From Euglena gracilis (Eukaryota): 64,000 bases of DNA. The notes beneath the pieces are model-generated. The model saw nothing but the letters and a program-made list of their open reading frames with translations. It did not search any database and was not told the DNA's origin. This document shows, in pieces, positions 25,001 to 58,100 of the stretch. Position 1 is the stretch's first letter. Each line of letters starts with the position of its first letter. The stretch spans positions 26,424,954-26,488,953 of the forward strand of contig CP154954.1 in assembly GCA_039621445.1 (NCBI GenBank), written 5' to 3'. Made by a program: the position numbers and the translations under genes.

Positions 25001-28000
25001 ATGCTAAGAAACCCACAGCGCAAAGGACAAAATGGTGAAGTGACAGGTTGGGATCGATGACCAGGTTTTGAACAGTGCTGAGCTCTTAATAAGCGCTCAC
25101 CCACCCCTTCATCGACCCCTCCATACATACCGGCGCACTCCATGGAGCTCTGCTGACTGAAAAGCAAAGGTTTTGTGCCCGAAACAGGGCGCCGGGGGGT
25201 GAAGAAACACTCGTTTTTGGCTCAAAATACACCTTTTCCGGGTCTGGATAGCCAAAAAACAGCGCTTTGAGCGAAAAATTTTTTTCGATTGTTTCGACTT
25301 TTTTGACCCAAAAATGACCGGAAGTGAGTTGACAGCCCAAAACGGGGCGCTGGTCGAAAAACGCTCATTTTCGGCCCAAAAACTTTTCAGGGTTCGGGAG
25401 GCCCAAAAACATCGTTTCGGGCAAAAAAAATTGTTTGATTTTTTCGACTTTTTTGCCCCGAAAATGACCCAAACCAGAAAAAACTGTTTTTGGGCCGAAA
25501 ATGAGCGTTTTTCGACCCGCCAGCGCCCCGTTTTGGGCTGCCAACCCATTCCAAAAACATCGTTTCGGGCAAAAAAATTATTTCGATTTTTTCCGACTTT
25601 TTTGACCCATGATGCCCATCATTGGTCATGATGGGCATCATGGGTCATGATGGGCATCATGGGGCATGATGGCCATGATGGGGCATGATGGGCATCATGG
25701 GTCATAAAGGCCATCATGTGTCATGATGGGCATCATTGGTCATGATGGCCGTCATGGGTCATGATGGCCATGATGGGGCATGATGGGCATCATGGGGCAA
25801 AAATTTTTTTTCGATTTTTTTCGACTTTTTTGACCGGTTTTGACCCAAGTTCAATGGGTTGGCGGCCCAAAACGGGGCGCTGGCGGGTCGAAAAACGCTC
25901 ATTTTCGGCTCAAAAACAGTTTTTCTGGGTCCGGGAGGCCAAAAAACATCGTTTCGGGCAAAAAAATTTTTTCGATTTTTTTCGACTTTTTTGACCGGGT
26001 TTGACCCAAAATCAATGGGTTGGCGGCCCAAAACGGGGCGCTGGCGGGTCGAAAAACGCTCATTTTCGACTCAGGTGATTCGGAAACTAGGAATCCAGTC
26101 GCTTGCGACTGAAAAAAAAAAAATCCGGGAACGGGGCCGGGATCATGGTGATAATCCATCGGTTCCCGAGGTGGCCCCGACCCGGGGGGGGGGGGGGGGG
26201 GGGGGGGGGGGTGGGGGGGGGGTTTCCCGCAGTGGTAAGCTTCGCTCTTACCCATAAAGGGATAAGAGCTCAGCGACGACCCCCCCGTACCACCCCCCCC
26301 CCCGGCCTCCGTTGACCCGCCTCCCCGCCCCCCAGACCCCCCCCCAGCCAGTCACACGGACTTTTCGAGTTCGGACGTTTTTTTGGACTCCACAAGTGAC
26401 CCCAATTTTCAAATCGAATTTTGCAATTCCGAAAATGCTGAGACTAGGAAAACCATTTTGTTCGGTTTCACCCCCACACATCACCAGCCCCGCCAGCCCG
26501 GCCATTTCTAAGGCGAAAAAGTCAAAATAGTTTCCTTACAAAATGGGAAGTGAGGGTGCAAGGGGGGGGTTGAGGGACACATATGGCAAAAATTGCCGCC
26601 CCACAAGCCTGAGGGGGGGGGGTTGGGGGAGAGGATCCAGGGCAACCCAGGCCCCCCCCAAGACCCCCAGGACCCCACCGCCCTAGGACCCCTAGGACCC
26701 TGAAAAAATGGGGGTTTGGGGGGGGTTTTGGGGGGACCTCATGTATGGGTCCCAAAATGGGTCAAAAAAACACCTGGCGCCTAAGGTGCGGGAAAAAAAT
26801 TTTGGGGGCCAAAAATTGGTGCCACCAGAACAACGGGAAGAGGTGGTGGGGGGGGGTGGTCGACCCCCCCCACCCACCACCTTGCCCCGAGGCCGTTTCC
26901 CGTTCTGCCTTGCTTCCAAAATATCAACATTTTCTCAAAATTTTGATTTTGAGCGGTTTTTGATGCAAAAAAGCCATTTGAAATAAAAAAAATCCAAGAG
27001 AAAAAGTCTCAGTAAAATTGTACTGTCACAAAATTTTGTCCATTTTTTGAGCTTCTGTTTTTTTTTACCCCTCCTAAAAACTACCAATTTTTAACCTGAA
27101 AATTTTTGAGGGGGTGGTTCGGGACGCGGGGGGGGGGGGGACGCGGGGGGGGGCGGGGGGGGGGGGCGCGGGGGGGGGGGCTACACGTTGTTTTCACCTA
27201 AATTGTATGTAATTTTCCTTTGGTCGACCAAAAAACGTGCCCGGCCAAAATCCGGGACGCGGGGGGGGGGACCGGGGGGGGGGGACGCGGGGGGGGGGGA
27301 CGGGGGGCCGGGGGGACACCCCACTGTTGATAAAGATTTTTTTTGTGAAAAAAAAACGTGCCCACCCAAAAATCACGGGTGGATGTGCGCGGTGACATGT
27401 GCTTTCAACGGGGAATGTGCGACGGGGGGGGGGGGGATGTGTTTTCCAGACGCGGTGGATGTACGCGGGATGTGTGTTCGATCCGGGGATGTGTTTTTCA
27501 GTCCTGTATTTTGTTTTTTCAAAAAAAGTTTTCATTTTCCAAAAAATCACGGGTGGATGCATTTTCAGTGGTGGAAATTGTGTGTGGTGGGTGGGCCATT
27601 TTCAGGGTGGGGGGGGTGTTTTCAGTCCGGCGTGTGTTTCCAACTGAGGATGACATCTCATTCCGTGTTGTAGGTGGATGTGTGTAGATGTTTTTTGTTC
27701 GGTTTTCAAAAAAGTTTCAAAATTTCCCCGGCCAAAGCATCCGTGTGGCCAAAATGTGGTGAACAATGCTGCTGGTGGGGGTGGTCCGACCCCCTGGGAC
27801 TGGGTCGCCCAAGCTGAGTCCGTGCTGCTGGTTGGGGGCCCCTGGCGGACCTGTTGGGGGGGATGGCCGAGTATTTTGTGGGGGCTATTCAAAAGATGTT
27901 GGTTCTTGTGGCTGGGAACTGTTTCTGTGAGATTGAGTGGGTTGATGCAGCAGAGAGATTTTTTGATGATTTCTAACGACTTCAGGCAACTTTCGGGTCC

Positions 28001-28300
28001 TGCTGTTGGCATGAAGGCAAAGAATGTGTGCTGGCCGCTGCGTCGGAAAACTCGGGCTTGAGTCCCGGTGCATCCAATGTGCTTTGCGCTGTTTTGCCTT
28101 CACAAGAAGCAAGCCCAAATTCTCGGGGGGGGGGTCAATCCTGAAGAAAAAAAAAGCAGGGAACGGGGCCAGGGTCATGATGATGATGATGATGATGATG
28201 ATGAAACAGAAAAAAATACAACAACAAAAAGCACCATCCAAAAAGTTGCCGATTGTGGTTCTTAGTCCTATTTAAGGATTAGGCATTTTTTGGTTTTAAA
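19030..28300. repeat. Nested MITE-like and low-complexity repeat region
   Basis: Homopolymer-rich sequence with recurring motifs (TCAATTAGGGGG, TTCACCGGTGAA palindromes, ATGGGCATCATG tandems at 25608-25795) and duplicated blocks (21310-21660 vs 22875-23460). No credible protein. Confidence 0.75.
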
Positions 28301-28505
28301 AATAAATTAAAAAAACAAAAGCCAACCACGATTTGTCAATTTTTTTTTGAAACGGTGATTCCCACATTGGCTCTAATTCTTAATTAAGTGGAAGCACCGT
28401 AAATCAAACCAAGACCCCAGTCAATTGCAGTTGATCGCTTGGTCCTCGTTTTGAGTGTTTGTTGATCAATCCCGCAACATACACATCTTCTTTTCAGCAT
28501 CAACT

Positions 28506-47948
<19,443 letters not shown>

Positions 47949-49114
47949 GTGCGCCCTTTGCCCTTGGAGCCTCCTCCCCCCATTTAGACCAGCCGCGTGC
48001 ATTTGGGCTTTGCCGACCGGCCAAGGGGGTGCCTACGTTTTGGGGCTGCTTTCATTTGGTGTCACTGGGCTCCCGGGGGGCTGCTTAAAAATTGGAGTCA
48101 ACGGGCGACAAAAACAGCCCCTCTTTTTGTGTCAAAAGAAGAAGGAGTGAATTTGTCTGGAGGAGGTACGCAAGGACCTTTGATAACACATTTATGGAAA
48201 CAAAGAGCAATTTTCTCAACCCCAGCTCTTAACTTTGGAGGAAGTTCATACAAGAGGGCTGACGAGGTTCGATCTGGGTCAAAAATTTTTTTCCATGCAT
48301 TGTGCCATAAATAGAGGAACCCCTCTGGGGGGGTACCACTCAGTACAGGCGGGGGGGGGGGGGCTGGAGCCACCCTCCAGGTTGTAAAATTCAATAATGC
48401 ACGTTAGAGGAACTGAATGCCTGTTCCAGTGATAAAAATTTGAAAATACATAAAAATGTATGCACAAGAGGGCTTTGTTAAATCTTCATTAGCACAAACC
48501 CAATGCAGCAACGAGGTATCTAATGTGTGCACATGCAGCATTGTGGCAGCATACTACAGCATGCAGCATTGTGGCAGCGTCATACTATTAACCCCCATAC
48601 CATTGGGAGTTGGTCCTTGGGGGTCCCAGCAGTATGAGGCTGCCAATACTGTTGGAAAAAAGAGATGGACATGGACCCGAACATGTTTGCACACACATAT
48701 ATGAAGTTGCAAATGCACACTATGCAATGATGGGAAAAAGTCACATTAAAACCAGCAAAGCCCAGAGGAGAACTAGCTAAACTAAAACAAACTGCAAACA
48801 TATTAATACGAAATTATTCCATTGGTCTGGTTTTTTTTTCTGAAAACATGGCTTTTATCCCACTTCAACGCTTGGTGTTATCACCTTGATTGGGGACAAA
48901 AAATTGCTTTCCCAAAAGTTCAGGGTCTTTTTGCGGTTTTTACACAACCTTTACCTGCTGCAGCCTATCACTCGCCCACACACTTTCAAAGTTGCTTTTT
49001 TTTGTACAAAACTTCATTTCTCTTGCATTTCCTTGCTCATCGACCTTGCCAAAAAGACGAATCTTGAGGCAGGCGCGGTGGATGCCACACAGGCAGACTG
49101 GCTCTGCCCTGGGT

Positions 49115-52100
49115 GGCTGAAGGGGTTGCCGTGGGCGTTCCAGAGGGCGTGGCGGACGGTGTGGTCGTGGGCGTCGCCGACGGCGTGCTGGTGGGCGTCG
49201 GGGAGGGCGTTGCTGACGGGGTGGCCGTCGGCGTGCTGGAGGGGGTTGCCGAGGGAGTGGTGGTGGGGGTGGTTGCAGGAGAGAAGCTCCGGACACAAGC
49301 AACGGGGGTTTGGGGGGGGGGGCATACCAAAATGTCCCTTGACCCTGAAAACCAGCAGCGAAAGTCCCGGGGCAGAACCAACAACAGACATATGTGCCAA
49401 ACCACTGGCTAAATGCCATTTGCCAAATGCAGGATAGATTCTGGGTTTCTCCCTTTGCTCCCTTTCGTTGGCTTGCTTTTGCAATGTCTCCACGCTTATT
49501 TCCCAGCCCAGTCAGTTTAAATCAGCTTTTGGGGGGGGGATAAAACACATCTACACATATCAACAAAATATATTTATAAATATTCTTGCTGGTATAATTT
49601 TACGCATTTTGCATCAGACGCGTCACAACTGGCATACCTTTGAAGCAAATAGATGGGAGCAGGCTTTTGCTATAGGATCCAGGGGAGGGGTCCACTACTT
49701 GGCCACTTTAACAGCAACTAGAAAACGCCACTGGCTGACCCCAGGGGGGGTCTGGGAGTCCCCAACAGGAAAAACTTTTTTTTTCATCTGGTGCTGTGCA
49801 CCGAGGTGAAAATGAGGTTTTTAATGCTCTTGGGCTGATTTTGTTCCACCAAAATGTTTGTTGTTTTGCTGTTTCACCAAACTGCCAAAACGCATTTTTT
49901 TTTGGTGTTGGGGGTCCAAAAAGCTTTGCACAGGCCACTGGGAAAAATTTCCACCAGCTAGCCCTGCTAGCATGCTAGCAGATCACCCCCCAGGAGGTCC
50001 ACTAGGTAATTTCCACTTGCCAATTTGGACGGCTGCAATAGCCCCTGGGGAATGCGAACCCTTAAGCAGAAGCGTGGACGGGATAAACCAATTGCAAACA
50101 ATCTCGCTCTGCCCCTGTTGGCAGTCAAAATTTTCATTCCATAAAAACTTTGCCTCTATTTACCGACAATCGCCTCTTATCATCAAAAACATCTTCTTAT
50201 CATCAAAAACATCCTCTTATCATCAGAAACTGGTCTCCTAGTCAATTCATACCAACCAGCAGATTCATGTTCATACAAAACGGGGGTGATCGGCAGGAAT
50301 GGGGTGGTCAGTGAAGAAGAGGCCACAAGAAATGGGGATCTAGAGGCAGAATCGTTTGCATCGGAGATGGGTGGGCTCTGTCATAGACAGGGGATCAACC
50401 TGAAATTTTCGTACAAGGTTCTGCACAACAACAACCAGCACATCTTTCCAGATGAAGTTTATGCTGCAGAAAACAAAACTTATGACTGTGACTTAAATGT
50501 GAACAAATTCTTCAAAATATTTGCAAAAGCAGAAAAATGACATTGATGGCTTTCAACCTGGTTGGCTGAAGGGGTGGCCGTGGGGGTGGCAGATGGTGTG
50601 GCGGATGGTGTGGCGGTGGGCGTTGCCGACGGCGTGACGGTCGGCGTGGTGGACGGTGTGGCCGAGGGCGTGGCGGTCGGGGTTGCCGATGGCGTGGCGG
50701 AGGGTGTGCTGGACGGTGTGGCGGAAGGGGTGGCCGTGGGGGTGGCGGACGGCGTTGCCGACGGCGTGGCGGTGGGCGTGGCCGATGGTGTGGCGGTTGG
50801 CGTGCCGGAGGGTGTGGCGGAGGGGGTGGCTGTTGGGGTGGCAGAAGGCGTGGCGGTTGGGGTGCCAGACGGTGTGGCGGAGGGGGTGGCTGTCGGGGTT
50901 GCCGAGGGCGTGGCAGAGGGTGTGCCGGTGGGGGTGGGGTCAGAAGCAGAGCTTTGGGATCGAAAAGTAGCGTTGAACATAATCTAAATGAGAAGAGCAT
51001 ACTGAGAAAAAAGCGTTGAGAGTAGTGTTGAGCTCTGAGCCAATCATCTCTTAATTCACTTTTTGATGTGGTGATTTTGAGGAAAATAATCCCTTCTGCA
51101 CTAAACTTCTGGAAGGAGAGGAAAAAGATGACACCATTTCTCACAAGATTTGATTCCCCTTCTTTACAACCCTGTGCTTGACCACCAAAACCACGGGCCC
51201 AATTTCACCAAACCTGGGGCAGTGCGGATCAAAAAAAAAATGAAACTGAGCACCGCAGTCTGACATGCTGAAACAAAGGTTCAAAATGCCTCACCAGACT
51301 CTGGGGCAACTTCACTGGGGCAACAGTGAGACGGGGCAAAAAAAAAGTGAGTCATCAATTTGGAATTCCAGGATTGCTTGCTAAAAGCAGGAAAGCCAGA
51401 AAGAATGACAGGCAGATGAAATGAAAAAGCCCCATCTGGCATGGTTTGAGGTGGGCGACTCTCCAAAAAAAAACGGAAAAAGAAGCTGACGACAATAGAT
51501 CTGTTGTGTTTAATCATTGAACACAACTGAACATGAAATCGGTGTTCATTTTCAGCGACAATCAACAACTGAAAACGAACAAATTTCCACTGGTTGTGAG
51601 TGTGTGTGGGTGACTGTGCATTTGAGTTGGGAAATATTCAGTGGTGTTTAATGGTGCTCAAGCATGATTGCTGGTCGGGGAGGCCAGGTACCAAAAGCTG
51701 CCCTTGTGCCAGGAACCAGGAGGAGGGGCTCCGTCCTGAGAGGCTGAAGGAGTGGCCGTGGGCGTGGCAGATGGTGTGGCGGATGGTGTGGCGGTGGGCG
51801 TCGCCGACGGCGTGCTGGTGGGCGTGGCGGACGGTGTGGCCGAGGGCGTGGCGGTCGGGGTTGCCGACGGCGTGATGGTCGGCGTGCCGGACGGTGTGGC
51901 GGAAGGGGTGGCTGTCGGAGTGGCGGACGGCGTGGCCGACGGCGTGGCGGTGGGCGTGGCCGATGGTGTGGCGGTTGGCGTGCCGGAGGGTGTGGCGGAG
52001 GGAGTGGCTGTTGGGGCCAGGTACCCAATCGCGATGGGCCACCATGTTGGGCCATGTTGGGCAAGTTGGCCCACTTTGATTTTAGCTTTGCTGTTAAATT

Positions 52101-55100
52101 GCCCAACTGAGTTTTGCACATATCACATAAAGTGTGGCCTTCATACCTCGGGTATGGAAGGTGTGCGGGGTTTGGGGGGTATGGGGGTGTGAGGGAAAGG
52201 GTATGGGGATGTTGTTGATGAGGTTGGCTGAAAAAGGGGGGATCCATGATGCACTTTCCAATGGCTCCTTGTAGTTATCCCACAACGGCAGTGAACACTG
52301 ACGTGTTGTTTGGATATGTGTTGCAATACTCTGGGGCTCATCTGGGGAACGGTTTCATAAATCGCGCGATCTGCCCACACAATAAGTCGGTACACAGTTG
52401 AGGTTTATTCTTCTTGCCCCCCCCCCCCCCCGAGCACTCCGACAGTTCAATATATCGTGTGATTTGCCCAGGAAATGATGCATCAGAAAAAACATCAACT
52501 GCCACGCGGAGGTGCAGCCGCATGGGGCAGGGTACGGGGGTATGGGGGGATGGGGTATGGGCAGGGCAGAACGGGAAGGCCTGGTGGGGGGGGGTTGAAC
52601 CCCCCCACCCGGGAGTTGGAGCCCGCCCTCCCCCTGCTGGGTAGGTAGGGGAACCAGCGGACTATCACCATGACCCTGGCCCCGTTCGCGGAGTTATTTT
52701 TTTTGCAGTCGCGAGTAACCAGATCCCGAGATTCCAAATCACCTCTGGTTAACCCCCAACTGCCCGCCAGGCCCAAGTTACTCACTCGCGAAGGGTCCAA
52801 ACTGGTCAGGATTAGCCACCCCCCCCCCCAGTTCAGACTCTGAAATATCTCTCCGGGGTGAGATTTTTGGTATTAAAAAAATAATCGATTTTTACAAAAT
52901 ATCTTGAGAAAACGAACATTATTCCGGAAGTGTCTGTCAGACCAAATGAAGGTCCTCCATCACCCCCCAAACGTCATTTTTGTTACCAACACGCCTGGCC
53001 TGTGTTCTGGCACGCTTTTGTGGTCCAAAACGGCCATTTCGGGATGTTTGGGGGGGGACAATATTCTCAAAATAACTCGAAAATGAAGCAAAATAAAAGA
53101 AAATGTCCGCAGAGCAAAAATGAAGCCCTTGGAATACCCTATCCAAAAATGGTGTACTTTATCCCCAACTCTTCGTTTAGCCCGAGTTATGGCCATTTTT
53201 TTTTGGACCAAATTTGGCCATTTTGCACAGTTTCGGCTTGTTTCAAACTTAGCCGTTTTCGGGACAAAAAAATCAATTTTTTTTTCCAGATATCTCGAAA
53301 ATGAAGCAAAATCAAAGGAAAAGTCCTAAATTAAAGCCTTTTAAAAGCCCAACCTAACCACATTTTGTTTTCTGTGTAACTCCCCGCTGAATTAGGTCAA
53401 AGAAGTCAAAAAAATAATCCCAAATGCCATCTTTTTTGAGCCTCGTAGATCCATAAAAACTTTTTTTGAGCCGAGTATGAGCGTTTTTCGCCCCCCCCCC
53501 CCCAGTTTTTGGCTCGAAACCCATGCATTTTGGGTCACTTTGAGCCACTGGGGAAAAGGGGGGTTGAACCCCCCCCCGTCCTCCCCCCGCCGGGTAGGTA
53601 GGGGAACCAGCGGACTATCACCATGAGCCCGTTCCAAGAATTTCTTTTGCAGTTGCGAGCGACTGGATTTATATTTTCCGAATCACCTCTGGTTATGGCC
53701 AACTGCCCGCAGGCCCGAGTTAAACCCCCCCTACTTATAAACCCCCCGGGGTTTATAGGATCCGGTTTGGTTGGTCGGCCCGAGGGGGGTATAAGTAGGG
53801 AGTTTTAAGTGGGGGTGGGGTTTACTCATCCGTGAAGGGTCCAAACTGGGCCGGATTAACCAACCCCCCCCCCCAGTTCCGACTCCACCGTTTCTCTGGG
53901 GTGAGATTTTTGGTCAAAAAATCGATGGCAGAGTCTGAAATGATTGGGGTCCCACTTTGAGCCATGAGTCGAAGTGTGACTGGTCCTCCCTCAATTAGAC
54001 TCCAGTGCCTTTCTTCCTCAGTTTTGGCTTCAGCTTCCGCTCTCTCTTATCTTTGGGGGGGGCAGCAATTCTTTGCTTCCATCACAGCACAAACACAGCG
54101 GGTGACCTCTCACCGGGGATGCCTAAAAAGCAGTGCCGACACCGCTGGCACCGCTTGACACCGCTGGGACAGAAGGCTTTCTTTTTTTAGGGGGAACCCT
54201 TGCAAAAAATTTTCCATGTGCTTTTGTTCTATACAGGTTTTTTTTGATGGCCACGAATGTTTATGTGACAACGAGATGCTTTGATGCTTTCTTATGGGAA
54301 ATCCCCGCATTTTTTCCCTCAGTATTATTCCATGGGTTCCTGTCCCAGCGGTGTCAAGCGGTGCCAGCAGTGTCAAGCGGTGCCCCAGCGGTGCCCCAGC
54401 GGTGCCCCAGCGGTGCCCCAGCGGTGCCCCAGCGGTGCCCCAGCGGTGGCCCAGCGGTGCCCCAGCGGTGCCGGCACCGCTTGTCGGCATCCCCACCGCC
54501 AGTGAGCGTCCATTTTGCACAGCCCAGGTTTTCAAGTGGGCATATGCAACGGTATGAGATGTTTCCTGCCCTCACACGGAACAACTATTAAATTGGAATG
54601 GTCACGAGGAAGCGAGTTTCCGCTTCCTCGTGGCTATTTGGAAAATTCGGGGGGGGGTGGCTGTGCGTGCTCTCGTTACCTCCGCCGATCCCTCCTATCC
54701 ACTCGTCGGCGTCCCAAAAAAGAAGCAATTTTGAAGATATCCGCTTCCCCTTCTTTTAAGGTCTCAAGGCCCTCCATTTCTGGTCATTTTGCCCCTGGAC
54801 GCCTCGAAATGAAGCATAACTGGGAGCGTTTTTGGACTGTTTCTGTCGGAGGACTGGCTTAAAGTGACTGACTTCTTTCAGAGGCCAAGATGAGCAAAAA
54901 GGGGCCCCAATACTTTGGCCAAAAGTCGAAATCAGCAAAAAAAACCACAAAAATTTGAATAAATGAAGCAGGAAACGTGTCATCGCTGTCTAAAAATTTT
55001 TGTTTCCGCTTCCTTTTCCGCTTAAACATTCACCATTGTTAGGCATTTACACGGCCTCAGTTTAGGGCTAAAATGGTGGTGAACACAATTTGTACACTCA

Positions 55101-58100
55101 AAAAAAGCGTGCAGAAATCTCCAAGAATAAACATCCTCGGTAACATCCTAAATTTTATTTTGGCATGACAAAAAAACATAAGACAGGAGGGGTTATGCCT
55201 CTTAGAATTGTTTGGGCAGATTTATCACAACGGCGGTTTTTTTAAGACCCAGCGGGGGGGGGGGGGGGGCTGTGGTTCGCACCCATCCACCCCCTTCACC
55301 TGGGGTAGGTCGACCCGACCCCCCAACCCACCACGGCATCTTCACCATTTTTAGGAAAACGGGGATTTTGGTCGGGAAAATTTTTTGAATTTTTTCCTGA
55401 AAAAATGGACCCAAATTACATGATTTTTTTTGATGAAAAACCACATTTTTTTTTCGCAAAAGAATCAAAAAAATTTCAGGTTTAAAATTTGGTCCTTTTT
55501 AGGAGGGGGTGGAAAAAACGAACGTCAAAAAAATTGGACCAAATTTTGGCACAGTCAAATTTTACTGACGTTTTTCTCTTGGAACTTTTTGGATTTTCAA
55601 CAGCATTTTTTGCTTCAAAAACCAAACTTTTGAGAAAATGTGAAATTTTGGAAGGTGTGAAAAAATGGGGGTTTGGGGGTTTTGGGAGGACCACCCACAT
55701 GGGTCCCAAAATGGGTCCAAAATGCACCCGGCACCGAAGGCACCGGGAAAATTCTTTTGGGAAGAGGTGGGGGTGGGTCGACACCCCACCCACCATGCAG
55801 GGGTGGGAGGGTGGTCGACCCCCCCCCCCCCCCCACCCACCACCCTGGCTGTTCGGCCGATTCCCGTTCTGCGCTGGGTATAGTATGGGAGGGTGTGGAG
55901 GGGTCGCTGAGCTCTTATCCCTTTATGGGTAAGAGCGAAGCTTGCCACCGGGGAAAAGGGGGACACAAACGAAAACCATATGTATCCATGCATTATGGAT
56001 CTGATAGCGCAATGGTGATTTGCTTTTATTAATAGGTACCTTTTTGGGGTGGCGGATGGCGTGGCCGAGGGCGTGGCGGAAGGTGTGGCGGATGGCGTGG
56101 CCGTGGGGGTCGCGGAGGGAGTGGCGGTCGGTGAGGGACTGGGCGTCGCGGACGGCGTGGCACTGGGCGTGGCGGACGGCGTGGCCGAAGGTGTGGCCGT
56201 GGGGGTGGCGGATGGTGTGGCGGTGGGCGTGGCGGACGGTGTGGCCGAGGGCGTGGCGGTGGGGGTGGCGGACGGGGTAGCTGAGGGTGTGGCGGATGGG
56301 GTGGAGACAGAGGTGGAAAACCTTGAATGCCACATGAGGAACTTGAATGGGGGAAAGTGCTGCTCTTCCATTAATCCTATGACCGAGTGGCAGTATGAAT
56401 GGAAACACCCGACGGTTTGTTATGGTGTGTTTGCACGGTTTCCCTTTTTAGTGCTTTTATTCCTCCTTTTTATGCATAAGCTGTCCTCAAAATATGATTT
56501 GAGGCAAAACAGGTGCATCTTCGAAATACTCCCCTCATCACTGAAAGCTGTAAACTTACCAAGGGGCTATGTTAGATACCATAATGACATTTTCGCTCGG
56601 AGGTCTTGATGTTTTTTTTGCCAAATATGAGCATAAGATAATGTGGGTTCTGCAGGGGCAGAGAATTATTGTTTGGGGCCAACAGAATGGGAGAACAAAA
56701 TTGTAGAAGAGTAAAACTGTGGAAAGAAAATACAAACCTTGGTAGCTCACCCGCCCAACGTTCCTGAATGGGGCGTGGCATGGGGGTGTTGACAACACGG
56801 TGTGTCAACAAAACAGTTCCGAACCAGGGAATTTCAAAAGGACCCCCAAAGGGGGGTTCAACCGGCTGGCTGGAAAAAGGTGTGCGTGGAAAAAAAGGTG
56901 CTGGCTGGACCCACCCCCAGGACGTGGGAGGGGTCTGGGGGGGTCCCCAGGCTGGACCCGGCACGCACCCAAAAACAGGCAAAAGGCCCAAATCCAGTTG
57001 GGTTGAATTTTCAGCCAAAATTTGGGGTGAAACCCCCCAAAAACCCCTCAAAAATGCTCAGAAATGGCCGTTCCGGCCATATTTGACGTCCAGCTTTGCC
57101 GGGCTGCAATAACTTTTCTCCCACTCGACCCCCCTCCAGGGGGGTCCACAGCCCAGCCGGGCTGCTGGATGGAAAACGTGCCGGCTGTCTGGACTCCCGC
57201 CCAGGGGTAGGTTTGTGGGTCTGGCTGAAGAAATGCCCTAAACCTACACCCAACACACCCAACACCACATTTTTGGAAACATTGTTTTTCCCCCAGAAAA
57301 GCTCTTCCAAAACGTTTGAAATTGCTTTGGGCAGGATTTGATTCTGTTCATCAAATCCACAACAAAATGCCATTTCTCTCAAAGTTAACAATTCGACCAA
57401 AAAGCAAATAGCACCGAAACTGCATAAAACTGCTGTTATTTGCCAACACCACAGTGCCTCTTGGAGGAGGGGGGTGAGGTCGGTCCAACAAAAACCAGAC
57501 CTGACCAAAAACCAGGTCTGAAGAATAATGCCTGATGCGGCTTTCATTTGGGGGTGGTCGGTGAGCAACCACAAGCCAGCACTTCGCGCTTCAAAAGGAC
57601 AAGCCACCCCTGCGCGGCGGAGGGAGTGACCGTTGGCGTGGCTGAAGGCGTGGCAGAGGGAGTGGCAGACGGCGTTGCTGATGGGGTTGCGGTGGGGGTG
57701 GAGGACGGCGTGGCGGTGGGCGTGGGGGTTGGGGTGGCGGATGGCGTGGCCGAGGGCGTGGCGGAAGGTGTGGCGGACGGCGTGGCTGTAGGGGTCGCGG
57801 AGGGCGTGGCGGTCGGGGTGGGACTGGGCGTCGCGGACGGCGTGGCGCTGGGCGTGGCGGATGGTGTGGCTGAGGGTGTGGCCGTGGGGGTGGCGGACGG
57901 GGTGGCGGTGGGCGTGGCGGACGGTGTGGCCGAGGGCGTTGCGGTGGGGGTGGCGGACGGCGTCGCTGAGGGTGTGGCGGTGGGTGTTGCCGAGGGGGTG
58001 GCCGTGGGCGTGGCGGACGGTGTGGCGGACGGCGTCGGGGTTGGGGTGGGGGCAGAAGCAGAGTCGGCGATGGATAAACTGATCACAACAAATGTTGGAG